Notes: generated from the letters alone by a model not told the origin. DNA of 63,850 bases, filler included, from Octopus bimaculoides (GCF_001194135.2; 6 parts of 6 records of this genome joined end to end with filler, not necessarily neighbours in it), one strand, 5' to 3'. Counted from the whole stretch's first letter, positions 9,351-22,204 are shown. A program made the numbers and translations.

Positions 9351-11344
9351 NNNNNNNNNNNNNNNNNNNNNNNNNNNNNNNNNNNNNNNNNNNNCGAATG
9401 TAAACAAAAACAACGACGAAAAAAAAAACGAACAATGTTACACAAATAAAGTATGAATAATAACAGGACATAACTCTTTAATTCTTTTGTCCCTCTGCCT
9501 CTACCTCTTTCTCTTCTCTTCCTACGTGACCGGTGTTCGGCCAAGCCTGATCTTTCTTGAGCCGCCGTTGTGCGTGCAACATCGTTATTCCTCCCTGTGC
9601 CTGTGAAATCTTGTATCCCTTCTGTAAGGCCTTATTTCCATACACGCCAGCTTAATTTAATTCGTCCTTAGTCGAAAGACATCTGTTGTTATGTCTGTGT
9701 TGTGAGGGAGTGTTTATTTTTTTGAAACACTGTATGTGTCTTGTAATGTTTCAATGATTCGTATGTGTGATGGAATACTATTCGTGTATGCGATTTAGTT
9801 ATTATAGGACATAGTTATTAATATTATTATAAAAATACATCATCTTGTATTTTAGTGTATGTGATCCATTAGTTTCTTTTTATAGTTTATGTTTACGGCT
9901 GTGTCGTTAATGAATTCTTGCTTTTATTTTCGTGTTGGGGATGTGTTCTGACTGTGTGTAAGTGATCTGGGTTGCGCTTGTGCTTGTGGGGATGGGTATC
10001 TCTGGTAGCGGTAGTGGTGGTGACGGGGATGATGGTGTTCATCGTAATGATGTAGCTGCTATTGGCGGCGGTGGTGTTGGTGCGTCGTTTTTTAAAGGCA
10101 CCTCCCCTATTTGTTCGAATTTTTGTTACCTTTCCTTTCTTCGATCTGTTACTATTTGCCATTTGGTGTTCTCCCAGTCATATTCACAACACGACAGATC
10201 TGTGTTGCGAGATAGTGAGGAGGTGGGGAGAGTCTGTCATGGGGGGAGGTTTCTGGTGTTGTTCTGTTTTTGATATTGTTGTTGTTTTGGATATGTTATT
10301 GCGCTTGTTGTTGCTTCTGTCTGCAACGCTGTGGCCGTTGACGGTGGTGTATTTCCCGTTTTTTGTTTGCTTGTTTCTCTGTGGTTTGTACTTCCACTTG
10401 TTGTTGCTGTAAGTGTCTCTTCTATTTTGAAGCTGGAGCTGCTGTCACCGGTGCTGCAGTTATTTGCCTGCTTATTGCTATTGCTGCAGCACCTGCTGCA
10501 GTTGTTGTTGTTGTTGTTGTTGTTGTTCCTTGTGCTGTTGTTGCTGCTGCATTTCGTAGCTGCTGGTATTACACTTGCTATCGTTGATGTTGTCGTAGCT
10601 GCTGTTGCTTCGTGCCACTGTTGGTGCTACTGATGTTTGTCTTTTTTCTTTGCTGTTGGCGTTGTTGCTTTTGTGTTGGTGGTGTCGGCAGAAGTAATGG
10701 TTCTCCTCTTTTCCTTTGCTGTGGATTGAAAGCCTTGAGATGATTTGTGTCGCAGCACAAATGACACCTCAACTTTCTTCCACAACGGCCACGTATAGTT
10801 TTGTGCCGTCTGACAGATTGATCGGACAGGGGATGGATTCCATGCTTCAGTGATCCATTTGAATGGATTGTTCCATTCCTTGACCCGAACAATTTTGTTT
10901 CTGCAACCTCTGGACCTGCAGAATATCAGTTTTATTCTCTATATATCGAAAAGAAAAGCTTCCACCAATCAGCAGATATTCATTTCTGTAGACACATCCA
11001 CTGTTTTTATTTTAAATAATCTACACCCAAGGTAGATTGATATGAAGAACATAAAATCAAGTAAAATTATGAAGAAAAAATATTATTTACATGGAAGCTA
11101 ACCGTTCTCACAGCGACAATGCTCTTTTCAATACGTGTGACGTACTTGCTAAAAGAATCTTTTGCCCTTCTTCCAGGAATGATAAGCCAGAGCCCTTTCT
11201 CAAATAATTATTTTTAAAAATAATTTTGTTTGTTTTAATGGCCTATCAATGTATACAGTGAGTTTCTTTGACCTAGGTGTCGAGAAGACACTCGGCAAGA
11301 ACTGTAAGAAATGGAAGCAAAACTGAAAGAAGAAGAAAAATAAT

Positions 11345-11542
11345 TATCCTTTCAAGGTAAACGGCCAGAAATTTTCGAGGGGAAAGGGTCAGTCGATTAC
11401 ATTGACCCTAGCGCTCAACTGAAATGATAAAAGACAAAGTTGACTCAGGCAGAATTTGAACTCAGAATGTAATGAGTCGGAAGAAATACTGCAAAGTGTT
11501 TCTTCTGGTGGTTTAGAGATTCTGCCGGCCCAGCTTGGCAGC
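11345..11542 (-). mobile_element. SINE family C
   Basis: gtcgattacattgacccta...gacaaagttgactcaggcagaatttgaactcagaa...gattctgcc; homologous to 49997-50212. Confidence 0.7.
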
Positions 11543-11670
11543 AACTAGTCTTCGTTCACTGGGGCTTTCGGTTCAAGTTCAACCTTGTGCGCTTTTCTCT
11601 GAAATGAAAATAAGAATGTACTATATTGATGATAGATTTTGTATGTGTGATGTGATGTGATGTGTGTGTA

Positions 11671-11735
<65 letters not shown>

Positions 11736-12517
11736 AGTTTTGATTTAAATTATTCACTAGTCAATTGTCTGACAAATAATACAAATCATATTAACGTTGT
11801 ACTTATAATAGATTCTGTCTTCGGCACCGTTCCATAATTTACCACTCAGCTGTCTTAAGAATAATATCAACGTTATATGCATAAGAGATTATGTCATCGA
11901 TTTCCTTCTATTAGCTGAGATAGCGTTTGCTTGAAGTTTTATATACCAAGATCATACAAAAGTATAATAGATAAGTCAAGCAGTAGACTTAAATCGCTTT
12001 TAGCAGAAAGCAATCTCTTGCAAACATACTTAGGTCCCTCTCACCGTTCTTAGAAGCCCTAGAAATCGACGCTGCTCTTCCTGATACGACCAAATTATAA
12101 TTGTACGAACACATTTCAAAGATTTTCACTAAATTCTCTGAATTATGGCTTGTTTATTGATCTTTCCTAATTAATTTGAATAATTTCTTTATAGATACGA
12201 GATAATTATCCAAAAATAACTTCTCATGGAGCAATAAAAAGCATTAAGGGAGAGATAATGTTTGCTAACAAAGTAACAGCTTCGTCTGATTTCCACGTTT
12301 AATAAGAGTCTTTGGGATTGCGTATTGTTTTACATCAATACTTTTTGTCTTTGTTTTCGTGGTCTACACTTGTCTTTATGATACTGGAATATTGATTAAA
12401 AACAACATCTGTTACACCATTGCACGAAAATGGAATGATAACTTCTTAGTTGAGGACGGTTTGGTAGCATTTTCTAAACAGTCTAAACACGCTGTCAGCG
12501 CATTTTACCTTCATGTT

Positions 12518-12596
<79 letters not shown>

Positions 12597-12599
<3 letters not shown>

Positions 12600-12810
12600 G
12601 ACCCTGAGATATGTAACACACTACCTAAATTCCATTCTTGAGAAATTAGGCTTCTTAAACCCAGAAAGGAGAAACCTAATTCGAAGACTACAGATCCAAG
12701 CCATCACTGGAACTGCAAAGATCTGTAAAACATTCCAGAAGTTTATCATTTAAATATATATGAGCTTGTCTAGGTATGCAACTATATGCATGAGAATACA
12801 TACATAAAAC
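12597..12810 (+). mobile_element. RLE-type non-LTR retrotransposon 3' fragment
   Basis: GTLRYVTHYLNSILEKLGFLNPERRNLIRRLQIQAITGTAKICKTFQKFII* resembles the RLE element C-terminus; 5' end abuts (TC)n. Confidence 0.6.
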
Positions 12811-13069
12811 GAAACATACAAATCTGCACGTATACATACATACATACATACATACATACATACATACAAAAATACTCTGTTGTTGATGTAGAAATTCCAA
12901 TGACGGAGCCTTGGATCTTGGTCAGAATGTAATGCACATTTATAAGTAAAGTTAAGAAAATTTAGATACATACAAGTACACACGCATATATCTACACACA
13001 TACATACATTCATCCGTACATCCATATATATGTTGTCCCTAATATTATTATATATATATATATATATAG

Positions 13070-13151
<82 letters not shown>

Positions 13152-13360
13152 ATATATACACAGTGACTCACATTATACTTACTCTATAGCGTTTCGAGGG
13201 AAGTATATTTTTTCCCCTTTGAAGATATGCTCAGGGCATATGAATTTAATATTTAATTAATTCAACGAGTTTTCATCGAAACAGCTGTAAGGGATTATGA
13301 TTGTTCTGTTGTTAATAATAAACAGTTATTAACTTTCCAATCGCCTTTTTCTTTTTCTTC

Positions 13361-13429
<69 letters not shown>

Positions 13430-13479
13430 CACACGTGTTTGTGTGTATGCATGTATGTATGTAAATGTGTGTGTCCTTG

Positions 13480-13680
13480 TGTTTGTGTTTGCGCCCCCTC
13501 CCGGTGTTAGTCTGTTTACGTCCCTGTAGTTTAGCGGTTCGGCGAAAAAGCCCGGTAGATTAAGTACCAGATTTTAAGAAAAAAATTAGTAGTAATGGGG
13601 TCGATTTACTCAGCTAAACCTTTCAAGGTGATGTCCCAGTATGGCCCCAGTCTAATAACCGAAACAAGTAATAGATAAAA
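13480..13680 (+). mobile_element. SINE 3' module (family B)
   Basis: tttacgtccctgtagtttagcggttcggcgaaaa...atggccccagtctaataaccgaaacaagtaa. Confidence 0.7.
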
Positions 13681-13681
13681 G

Positions 13682-13713
<32 letters not shown>

Positions 13714-14104
13714 TCACACACATTTCACATGCAAATGCATATACATATACATATATACTTATGCACACACACACACTAACATGCACGCGCACATACCGCC
13801 CCCACTAAGTTACGCAATTAGAATGACAAAGCGATACTTTGTTACTTTAAACGTGGCATTTCAAGAGAAGAGACAAAAATCACAGGAATGAATTACAAGA
13901 CGTGTTTTAAGTGATAAAAAAAAAATCAATGATTCGCTTCGTCATCTGTATGTGTGTGTGTGTGCGTTCGTATGTGTGTGTGTGTGCGTTCGTATGTGTG
14001 TGTGTGTGTTTGCTTATTTGTGTATGTATGTGTGTGTCGGTGGAGATGGTGGAACGCTGCTTGATTGGAATTGCATTCTTAGCTAACCGTTATTACTCAG
14101 AGCA

Positions 14105-14142
14105 CGAGAGAGAGAGCGAGAGAGAATGAGAGAGAGTGGTGT

Positions 14143-14182
<40 letters not shown>

Positions 14183-14481
14183 ATGTTTGAAACCCAAACT
14201 CCTACCATCTCTAGCGATCCTCCTTCCTCCCCCTATCCCTCTTCCTCCTTGAAGTCTTTTACTCACACGGTACACTCAACAGTTTCACTTTCGCTATCCT
14301 CTTCCCTCATCTCCCTCTCTCCCTCTCTCATTCTCTCTCTCACACAACCACTTTCTTGCCGTCTCTCATTATCTCTCTCTCTCTCTCTCTCTCGCTTTCA
14401 CTCCTCTTTCATTCGACCTTTCACGTTCTCTTTCTTTCATTTTCTCTATCACTCGCTCTTTCTCTCCCTCTTTCTCTCTCC

Positions 14482-14514
<33 letters not shown>

Positions 14515-15488
14515 NNNNNNNNNNNNNNNNNNNNNNNNNNNNNNNNNNNNNNNNNNNNNNNNNNNNNNNNNNNNNNNNNNNNNNNNNNNNNNNNNNNNNN
14601 NNNNNNNNNNNNNNNNNNNNNNNNNNNNNNNNNNNNNNNNNNNNNNNNNNNNNNNNNNNNNNNNNNNNNNNNNNNNNNNNNNNNNNNNNNNNNNNNNNNN
14701 NNNNNNNNNNNNNNNNNNNNNNNNNNNNNNNNNNNNNNNNNNNNNNNNNNNNNNNNNNNNNNNNNNNNNNNNNNNNNNNNNNNNNNNNNNNNNNNNNNNN
14801 NNNNNNNNNNNNNNNNNNNNNNNNNNNNNNNNNNNNNNNNNNNNNNNNNNNNNNNNNNNNNNNNNNNNNNNNNNNNNNNNNNNNNNNNNNNNNNNNNNNN
14901 NNNNNNNNNNNNNNNNNNNNNNNNNNNNNNNNNNNNNNNNNNNNNNNNNNNNNNNNNNNNNNNNNNNNNNNNNNNNNNNNNNNNNNNNNNNNNNNNNNNN
15001 NNNNNNNNNNNNNNNNNNNNNNNNNNNNNNNNNNNNNNNNNNNNNNNNNNNNNNNNNNNNNNNNNNNNNNNNNNNNNNNNNNNNNNNNNNNNNNNNNNNN
15101 NNNNNNNNNNNNNNNNNNNNNNNNNNNNNNNNNNNNNNNNNNNNNNNNNNNNNNNNNNNNNNNNNNNNNNNNNNNNNNNNNNNNNNNNNNNNNNNNNNNN
15201 NNNNNNNNNNNNNNNNNNNNNNNNNNNNNNNNNNNNNNNNNNNNNNNNNNNNNNNNNNNNNNNNNNNNNNNNNNNNNNNNNNNNNNNNNNNNNNNNNNNN
15301 NNNNNNNNNNNNNNNNNNNNNNNNNNNNNNNNNNNNNNNNNNNNNNNNNNNNNNNNNNNNNNNNNNNNNNNNNNNNNNNNNNNNNNNNNNNNNNNNNNNN
15401 NNNNNNNNNNNNNNNNNNNNNNNNNNNNNNNNNNNNNNNNNNNNNNNNNNNNNNNNNNNNNNNNNNNNNNNNNNNNNNNNNNNNNNNN

Positions 15489-15545
<57 letters not shown>
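14105..15545. repeat. (GA)n/(CT)n purine-pyrimidine tract spanning a gap
   Basis: GA runs followed by long CT-rich runs on both sides of the N-run 14515-15488. Confidence 0.85.
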
Positions 15546-15547
<2 letters not shown>

Positions 15548-15868
15548 ACCCCTTCACATCCTGTTCTTGTTCTCCAACTGCTACCATTCTTCACACCGTC
15601 GTTTCTTCTTCGGTGCGTTTCCATCTGCAACCGATGCATCGAAAAGCAACACCAAAAAGGACACTTGCATCAAGCGAAATCGTTACCATAACAACAAAGA
15701 AGAGAAAAAGCGATGCAACTACCTTATGCAGTGCATCTTCAGCGTGGCACTTAGAGAGGACGACTCGGTAGTTCCATTATCGTACCGTACCAGCTACACA
15801 TCTCAGCGTTCGCTTGTTCGTACTCTTTTTACCTCCAACTTTTCTCTTTTCATCTACTTCTCCGTCTG

Positions 15869-15936
<68 letters not shown>

Positions 15937-16494
15937 CCTGTTTGTCTACCTGTTTGTCTGAATCTCTCTCTCTCTTTCTCTCTCTCTTCCTCGCCTCTCT
16001 ATCTGTCTATCTTTATTCCGGAGATGTACTTGTTTGGTGATTTGATCTGAGTCTGCGTGTTGACACTAAAACTAGTACGACATCGAAGACATTATCATTC
16101 AAAAACACAAAGACGGTTAACTTTACTTTAAAATTTATTATCCAGTGTTACGCTTTTCGTCGCACCAACTGCAACCTGGTCACTGACACCGTTCCCCTAC
16201 CCCGTCCTTCTTCGTCTCTTATTTGTTCTCTCTCTCAAACATTCTTCCTAGACACCCTTTAAAATCCACCCCCTCTTCTCACAACCGCTTTACCTCTCTC
16301 ACACATCTCCTCCTCCTTCTCCTCCTCCTCCTGTTGCCTCTTCCTTGCTTATTGAAGAAGTTTGGTCAGCACCAAACTTCACACACACGATGAGAACAAC
16401 ATCACGTGCTCTCTACCGCTGCGACGCCGCTGTCCTCCCCTTCTGCCGTCTGCTCTGACCACAAACCGACGACATTATACCACCTGGTCAGAAG
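15545..16494 (+). promoter_or_regulatory. Candidate promoter/5'UTR island
   Basis: Non-repetitive, CpG-rich sequence flanked by (CT)n tracts, directly upstream of the putative first exon. Contains a 22-codon uORF at 16390-16458. Confidence 0.3.
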
Positions 16495-16570
16495 ATGTCT
16501 ACTCACTGGAATCTAAAGACAAACTTGGTCAACAACGATTCCTCATCGTCACTTACTCCAATTTTAAATG
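16495..16570 (+). CDS. Putative first coding exon (possibly of the TMC gene)
   Basis: aagATG at 16495 with an in-frame upstream TGA at 16456. Translation MSTHWNLKTNLVNNDSSSSLTPILN, donor G|gtgagc, inside a CpG-rich non-repetitive island. No homology recognised. Confidence 0.45.
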
Positions 16571-16665
16571 GTGAGCATCGTTAGCCCTTTTTTTTTTTCT
16601 CTTCTCTTCATTTCTTCTTTTTCTTCTTCTTTCTTTCTGTCTGCTTGTCTCTCTTATCGTTGCAG

Positions 16666-16676
16666 ACAGAAATCAG
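16666..16676 (+). CDS. Putative 11-nt microexon (ACAGAAATCAG)
   Basis: About 75 nt of nearly pure pyrimidine tract ending ttgcag, then CAG|gtaaca donor. Lies after a 95-nt intron following the 16570 donor. Confidence 0.45.
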
Positions 16677-17090
16677 GTAACAATATTGTGTGTTAAAGGT
16701 GTCATGCTACCTGTATTTTGAACAAAAAATTGGATAGCCATATTCCGTGCTGTTAAAATTCTGAACCCAAGCAGGGTACTTGTATTGTAATTGTAGAGTA
16801 CCTTACCTTAAATCGAGTTGGGTACTGGATACTTAAGATGAGGACTGATGTCGATCACCTGTATTCTTTCGAGAACGGGGTATATATATTCTGTGCTTAA
16901 ACAAGGTATACCTACAACAAAAACATACTCACACACGCGTACATATTCTGAATGCAAACTGGATACCTGTAGAACACCTCTATTAACACAATTGATTAAA
17001 GTTAAGTACCATCAAAGTGAAATAATATCGGTTGCCTATATTTCTCTGGGAATATGGTGTATACATTCTATATTAAAGCAATACTTATAA

Positions 17091-17147
<57 letters not shown>

Positions 17148-17963
17148 GTAGCTGGGCGACTATTGTGTATGAAAGCGGGATATCTGTATTGCGTGACATA
17201 GTAGGGTACCTGCTTTGTGTACCACAGCGGGGAATAATCGCTTTGTGTACCATAGCTTTGAATATCAAAGTTGAGTCCCTGTATTGAGTACCAGAGCAAG
17301 GTGTTTATACTGTGTATTTAAAGATGCGTATTTCTACCCAAAAATGGGTACCCAAAATTGGTACAAATATTGTATTATGTCAACGGGTAATATTTGTGTA
17401 TATAGCAAGCAAGAGAAATGTGTGTAGGTGTGGGGGGATGCTATGATATCCACGTAGATCGATAGTTAGAAGCAGTACCACTACCAACCCATAGACCGAA
17501 GAGTGAATGGCAAATTCTTCGTGTATTTGCTGAAAAAAAGTGTGCACATTGTATTACTTGTATGTTTGTGTAAATAAATGTTTACATGCAACTCACGCAC
17601 ATTCATACACACACGCACACACATTTATCGATATATGCATACATTTGTCCGTCTATACATATAAACACATCCAAACATACACACGCATACGAGTTCTTTT
17701 GTCTTAAACATTACAGCCATGTGTGTGTGTGTGTGTGTGTGTATACATATACACACACACACCTGTGTGTATATGTGCATGAGTATTTCTGCTTGTATTT
17801 GTCTTTTTCGACACAATTTCAAATCTATCTAATCGTGTCTGTCTGTCTCTCTGTTTGTCTATCTATCTATTTGTGTCTACCTCTCTATTTATCCATCTAT
17901 CTACCTATCGACCTACCTACCTACCTACCTACCTATCTATCTATCTACCTATCTATCTATCTG

Positions 17964-18027
<64 letters not shown>

Positions 18028-19065
18028 GCTCTCTGCTCATCTTTGTCCATCTGTTTGTTTGCCTGTCACTCTCTATGTAAGCAATATACACGTGCGCACG
18101 CGCACGTGTATGTATGTATGAGAACATGGATATATGTACATACGTACGTATATAAGCATGTACCTTGTTTTGTTTTGCCCCCTGCCCCCTTTTCCTCATT
18201 ATTCCGTTCGTGCTTCCGTCCTAAAACACCACAGGCCTCAACAGCCCCAAACTTGATGTCTTCGAAAATAATTCTCCGAGAATAAACAAGATCATGCACA
18301 ATATGCACAGTGCTTGTGGACGTTGACAGGTCACAACCACACACACACGGTTAATACGTATTTATCCATGTAGACCAGTGGTTCTCATGTGGTGGTGGGG
18401 GGGGGGGCCGTATGACCCTTGTGAGTCCGTATGTCCCTTGGACGTCCATATAAGATTTTGATGTTGTTAAAATGTATGAGCAACAAACTTGTTCTCCCTT
18501 GAACAATTCACAGAATATTTTAACAAACTTTATACAATTCCAAACAATATTTTAATTATAAAAATGCTACAGGATNNNNNNNNNNNNNNNNNNNNNNNNN
18601 NNNNNNNNNNNNNNNNNNNNNNNNNNNNNNNNNNNNNNNNNNNNNNNNNNNNNNNNNNNNNNNNNNNNNNNNNNNNNNNNNNNNNNNNNNNNNNNNNNNN
18701 NNNNNNNNNNNNNNNNNNNNNNNNNNNNNNNNNNNNNNNNNNNNNNNNNNNNNNNNNNNNNNNNNNNNNNNNNNNNNNNNNNNNNNNNNNNNNNNNNNNN
18801 NNNNNNNNNNNNNNNNNNNNNNNNNNNNNNNNNNNNNNNNNNNNNNNNNNNNNNNNNNNNNNNNNNNNNNNNNNNNNNNNNNNNNNNNNNNNNNNNNNNN
18901 NNCATACTGTCACGTGTTTCCGTAAATCGTTTATAACAAACCTATTACTGCTACTTCAATGGACTTATCAGAAATAGCAGCTGAATGAGCTCTCTGGCCC
19001 CCAACTCTGTCAACAAGGCCGAATTAAGAACCGTAGAGGCCCTAAACACTTGAAAGATTTCGGTG

Positions 19066-19106
<41 letters not shown>

Positions 19107-19639
19107 GTAATAAAAACAATAATAAGCTATAAAATAATGATGGAAGATAAGGTTTCTTTTTGCGTATTTCCTCTTTATTTATATTTGAAAAGTTTTCTCT
19201 TACTTTTCTTAATTGCTCTCTTTGGTCAGATCCTTGCTTTGGAATTATATTTTCCATCATGTAAACCACATCGAATTTTATTTTAACAAGTTTAAACCGA
19301 TTTCTTTTGTGCCGTAAACCATTTACCATTTCTGTGGTTCCCCTCCTTCCCTTGATGCCCTTAGCACACATTTTACTTAACGGTCAACCCAGCGCTGACC
19401 CCCAACATTCGGCTTTCAGACCTACTTCTCCTCACGTCCAACAACAGCCATTCCTTTACAGACCATTCCATTTTTCCTGTCGTTCCTCCTTAACTTTCCA
19501 CGTGCAACCTAGACATCTCACGTGAAATCTGCGCAAATATTCCGCACCGCATCCTTCAATCCGGCCATGCCATCTGCAAAAACACACAATCACTTTACAC
19601 TTCTCGGTTTCAGAATCAGGCACGAGTCCGGCGATATTG

Positions 19640-19802
19640 AAGTGAAGGAATAAGTCGATTAAATCGAGCCCAGTGTTCAACTGGTACTTCATTTATCGAC
19701 CCTGAAAGAGTGTAAAACGAAGTCGATTACAATGGGATTTGAACTCAGAACGTGAAGGCGAACGAAATGCCGCTAAGCATTTTCTTCATCTCGCTAACGA
19801 GT
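19640..19802 (-). mobile_element. SINE family C
   Basis: ctggtacttcatttatcgaccctgaaag...tttgaactcagaacgt...aaatgccgctaagcatttt. Confidence 0.75.
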
Positions 19803-19837
19803 CTACCTTAATTACTATGCGCATATCATGTGATCAT

Positions 19838-19871
<34 letters not shown>

Positions 19872-20094
19872 GTAGCACACAGAATTGTCAATGTCTCTAC
19901 AAATGCTAGGAAGTCTTACCATCGCTGAGAATCATTTCTAGGCAATACACATCTTCCTTCCAACCATCCCCACTCCACCCATTATTCCTAAGAGGGACCT
20001 GGAGATAGAATCCTCAGGCCCCTCATCCATAAGGACCTACCAGAAGCAACAGTCATTACATCTTTTCGCTAAATTCCCAAGCGTGACCAACTGA

Positions 20095-20400
20095 GACGAT
20101 GGATGTCATCCAACCAACTCGTTCTTGGTCGACTCCTCGGTTTCCTGCCAGTTGTCTCGGCTTCAAGAATCCATCTTGAGATATTTTCCACCAACATTCT
20201 AATCACATGGCCACAGAACTGGAGCTTTGACTTCCCAATGCGGAGAAGTAGTGGTGTGACTTGGGAATGGCTGCCTTTTCTCCAAGATAGGCACTCTGTT
20301 GAGTTACGTTACTCCAGAAATTCTTCAGAGGAACCCCACTACAAAGACTAGTCTTCCTTTTCGATTCCAGCTAAAACTTGAGCTCTAATAACCATCCCTG
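20095..20400 (-). mobile_element. RTE-like LINE C-terminal remnant
   Basis: Minus frame GKSKLQFCGHVIRMLVENISRWILEAETTGRKPRSRPRTSWLDDI. Confidence 0.65.
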
Positions 20401-21406
20401 TATAAAGCTGAAGCGAGAACTACAATTCCTGAATGCCCATGCTACTGCAGCTACACCTGCACGCATGCGCACACAAGCGCGCGTCCAAAGCAAGTCCACC
20501 TGACTGACAAACACTAACTTGCTGACACACTCCATCCTCTGCTCCACAGACGCCTTGTCTCCTCTTTCAATCAGTTTTTGCTGCTACTACAGCAGCCTTT
20601 ACTCGTGTTGGCTCGCTGATTCTTGTATCATCGCCAATCCGAGTTGTTTGTCTTTCTCATCTTTTCTTCGTCTATATCCTGTCAACATGCCAAATGCACC
20701 CAAACTCTATGGGACCATGCGCCTATGGTAGAAAGGAATACGGTATCATCATCATCATCGTCGTCGTTGTCGTTTGACGTCTGCTTTTCCATGCTTGCGT
20801 GGATCAGACAGATTTTGCTGAGGTAGATTTTCTCCGACCGAATGCTGTTCTTGTCGCCAACTCTCAACTTTTTCCAAGCAAGGTAATATTTCCCCGCAGC
20901 TTGACATATTTTTATGGAATATGCAAAACGGACAGCACCGCTTGTATGGCGGTGATGCTCGTTTACTACCGTCATATTGGCCAAGCAAGCCACCTCAGGA
21001 CCCACAAAGATTAAAGCTGCTAACCAAAGGTATGAAGGGCGAACGTGTGTAGTTGCAGCAGCAGCGCCCTACATGTGAGGGGAGCAGCATTCCATTGAGT
21101 GCATTACCTAAGGTTTTTCGTGGATAAGTGACTAAAAGTGGCTTGAGTAGTTTATGGCTTTTAACAACAAAATCGGCCTTAATAACGTGTTTCTCAAGTT
21201 TGGGTCAGATCCCAATAGAAACGTAGAAATTAAAGAATTTGGCTCTGGGACTCACCGTGTGAGTCAAGGACCTCGTTGGTTTGAAGCAACCCGAGGTACT
21301 TTCGCATTTGATGAGTACATGTGAGAGTACGTATACGGTTTGTGTAAGTGAAGCTGGTGGAGTTGAGGGGGACAGTCTGTGAGTGTTGATCGAATGTTTG
21401 CTGTGA

Positions 21407-21728
21407 AGGTGCGTGGTATAGTGGTTAGGCCATTCGGCTTACAGTCGTAAGGCCGAGAGTTCGATACCCGGGCGGCGCGTTGTGTCCTTGAGCAAGACAC
21501 TTTATTTCACGTTACTGTAATTCACTCAGTTGGCAAAAGTGAGTTATACCCGGTATTCAAAGGGCTGGCCTTGTCACATTCTGTGTCACGCTGAATCTCC
21601 CTGAGAACTACATTAAGGGTACACGTGTCTGTGGAGTGCTCAGCCACTTGCACGTTAATTTCACGGGCAGGCTGTTCCGTTGATCGGATCAACTGGAACC
21701 TTCATCGTCGTAACCGACGGAGGGCCAG
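21407..21728 (+). mobile_element. tRNA-derived SINE (family D)
   Basis: ggtgcgtggtatagtggttagg...gagttcgatacccggg...tgtgtccttgagcaagacactt...cgtcgtaaccgacgg. Confidence 0.85.
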
Positions 21729-22154
21729 TTCTATCGTGTGGAGTTGGGTTCAAAGTGGGCAGTAAATGAGGGACTCTTTCAACGGGAAGTTCTGTTTGAA
21801 GAACCACCAGGATTAAGAAATAGCAAAATGGNNNNNNNNNNNNNNNNNNNNNNNNNNNNNNNNNNNNNNNNNNNNNNNNNNNNNNNNNNNNNNNNNNNNN
21901 NNNNNNNNNNNNNNNNNNNNNNNNNNNNNNNNNNNNNNNNNNNNNNNNNNTACAAAGGTATCATTTGAGTTTTGGGATGATAGAATGCTTTGGATGCGAA
22001 AAAGATATTAAGAGCTTTTGGAATGTCTGTGTTCCAGTCAGAAATACATATTTACGCTGAAACTAATCGATGCAAAACGTAAAAGATTGCAAAAGATTCT
22101 GTTTCTGCACCACCACTACCATCTTCATCATCATCACCATTTATTATTATTATT

Positions 22155-22204
<50 letters not shown>

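Noticed and set aside
15567-16040. 157-aa ORF MFSNCYHSS...
   Set aside because: No recognisable homology or splice donor, and it runs into (TATC)n; more likely UTR or promoter sequence.
21407-21480. tRNA gene candidates at SINE heads
   Set aside because: Only A/B-box-like heads continuing into SINE bodies; no complete cloverleaf could be supported.
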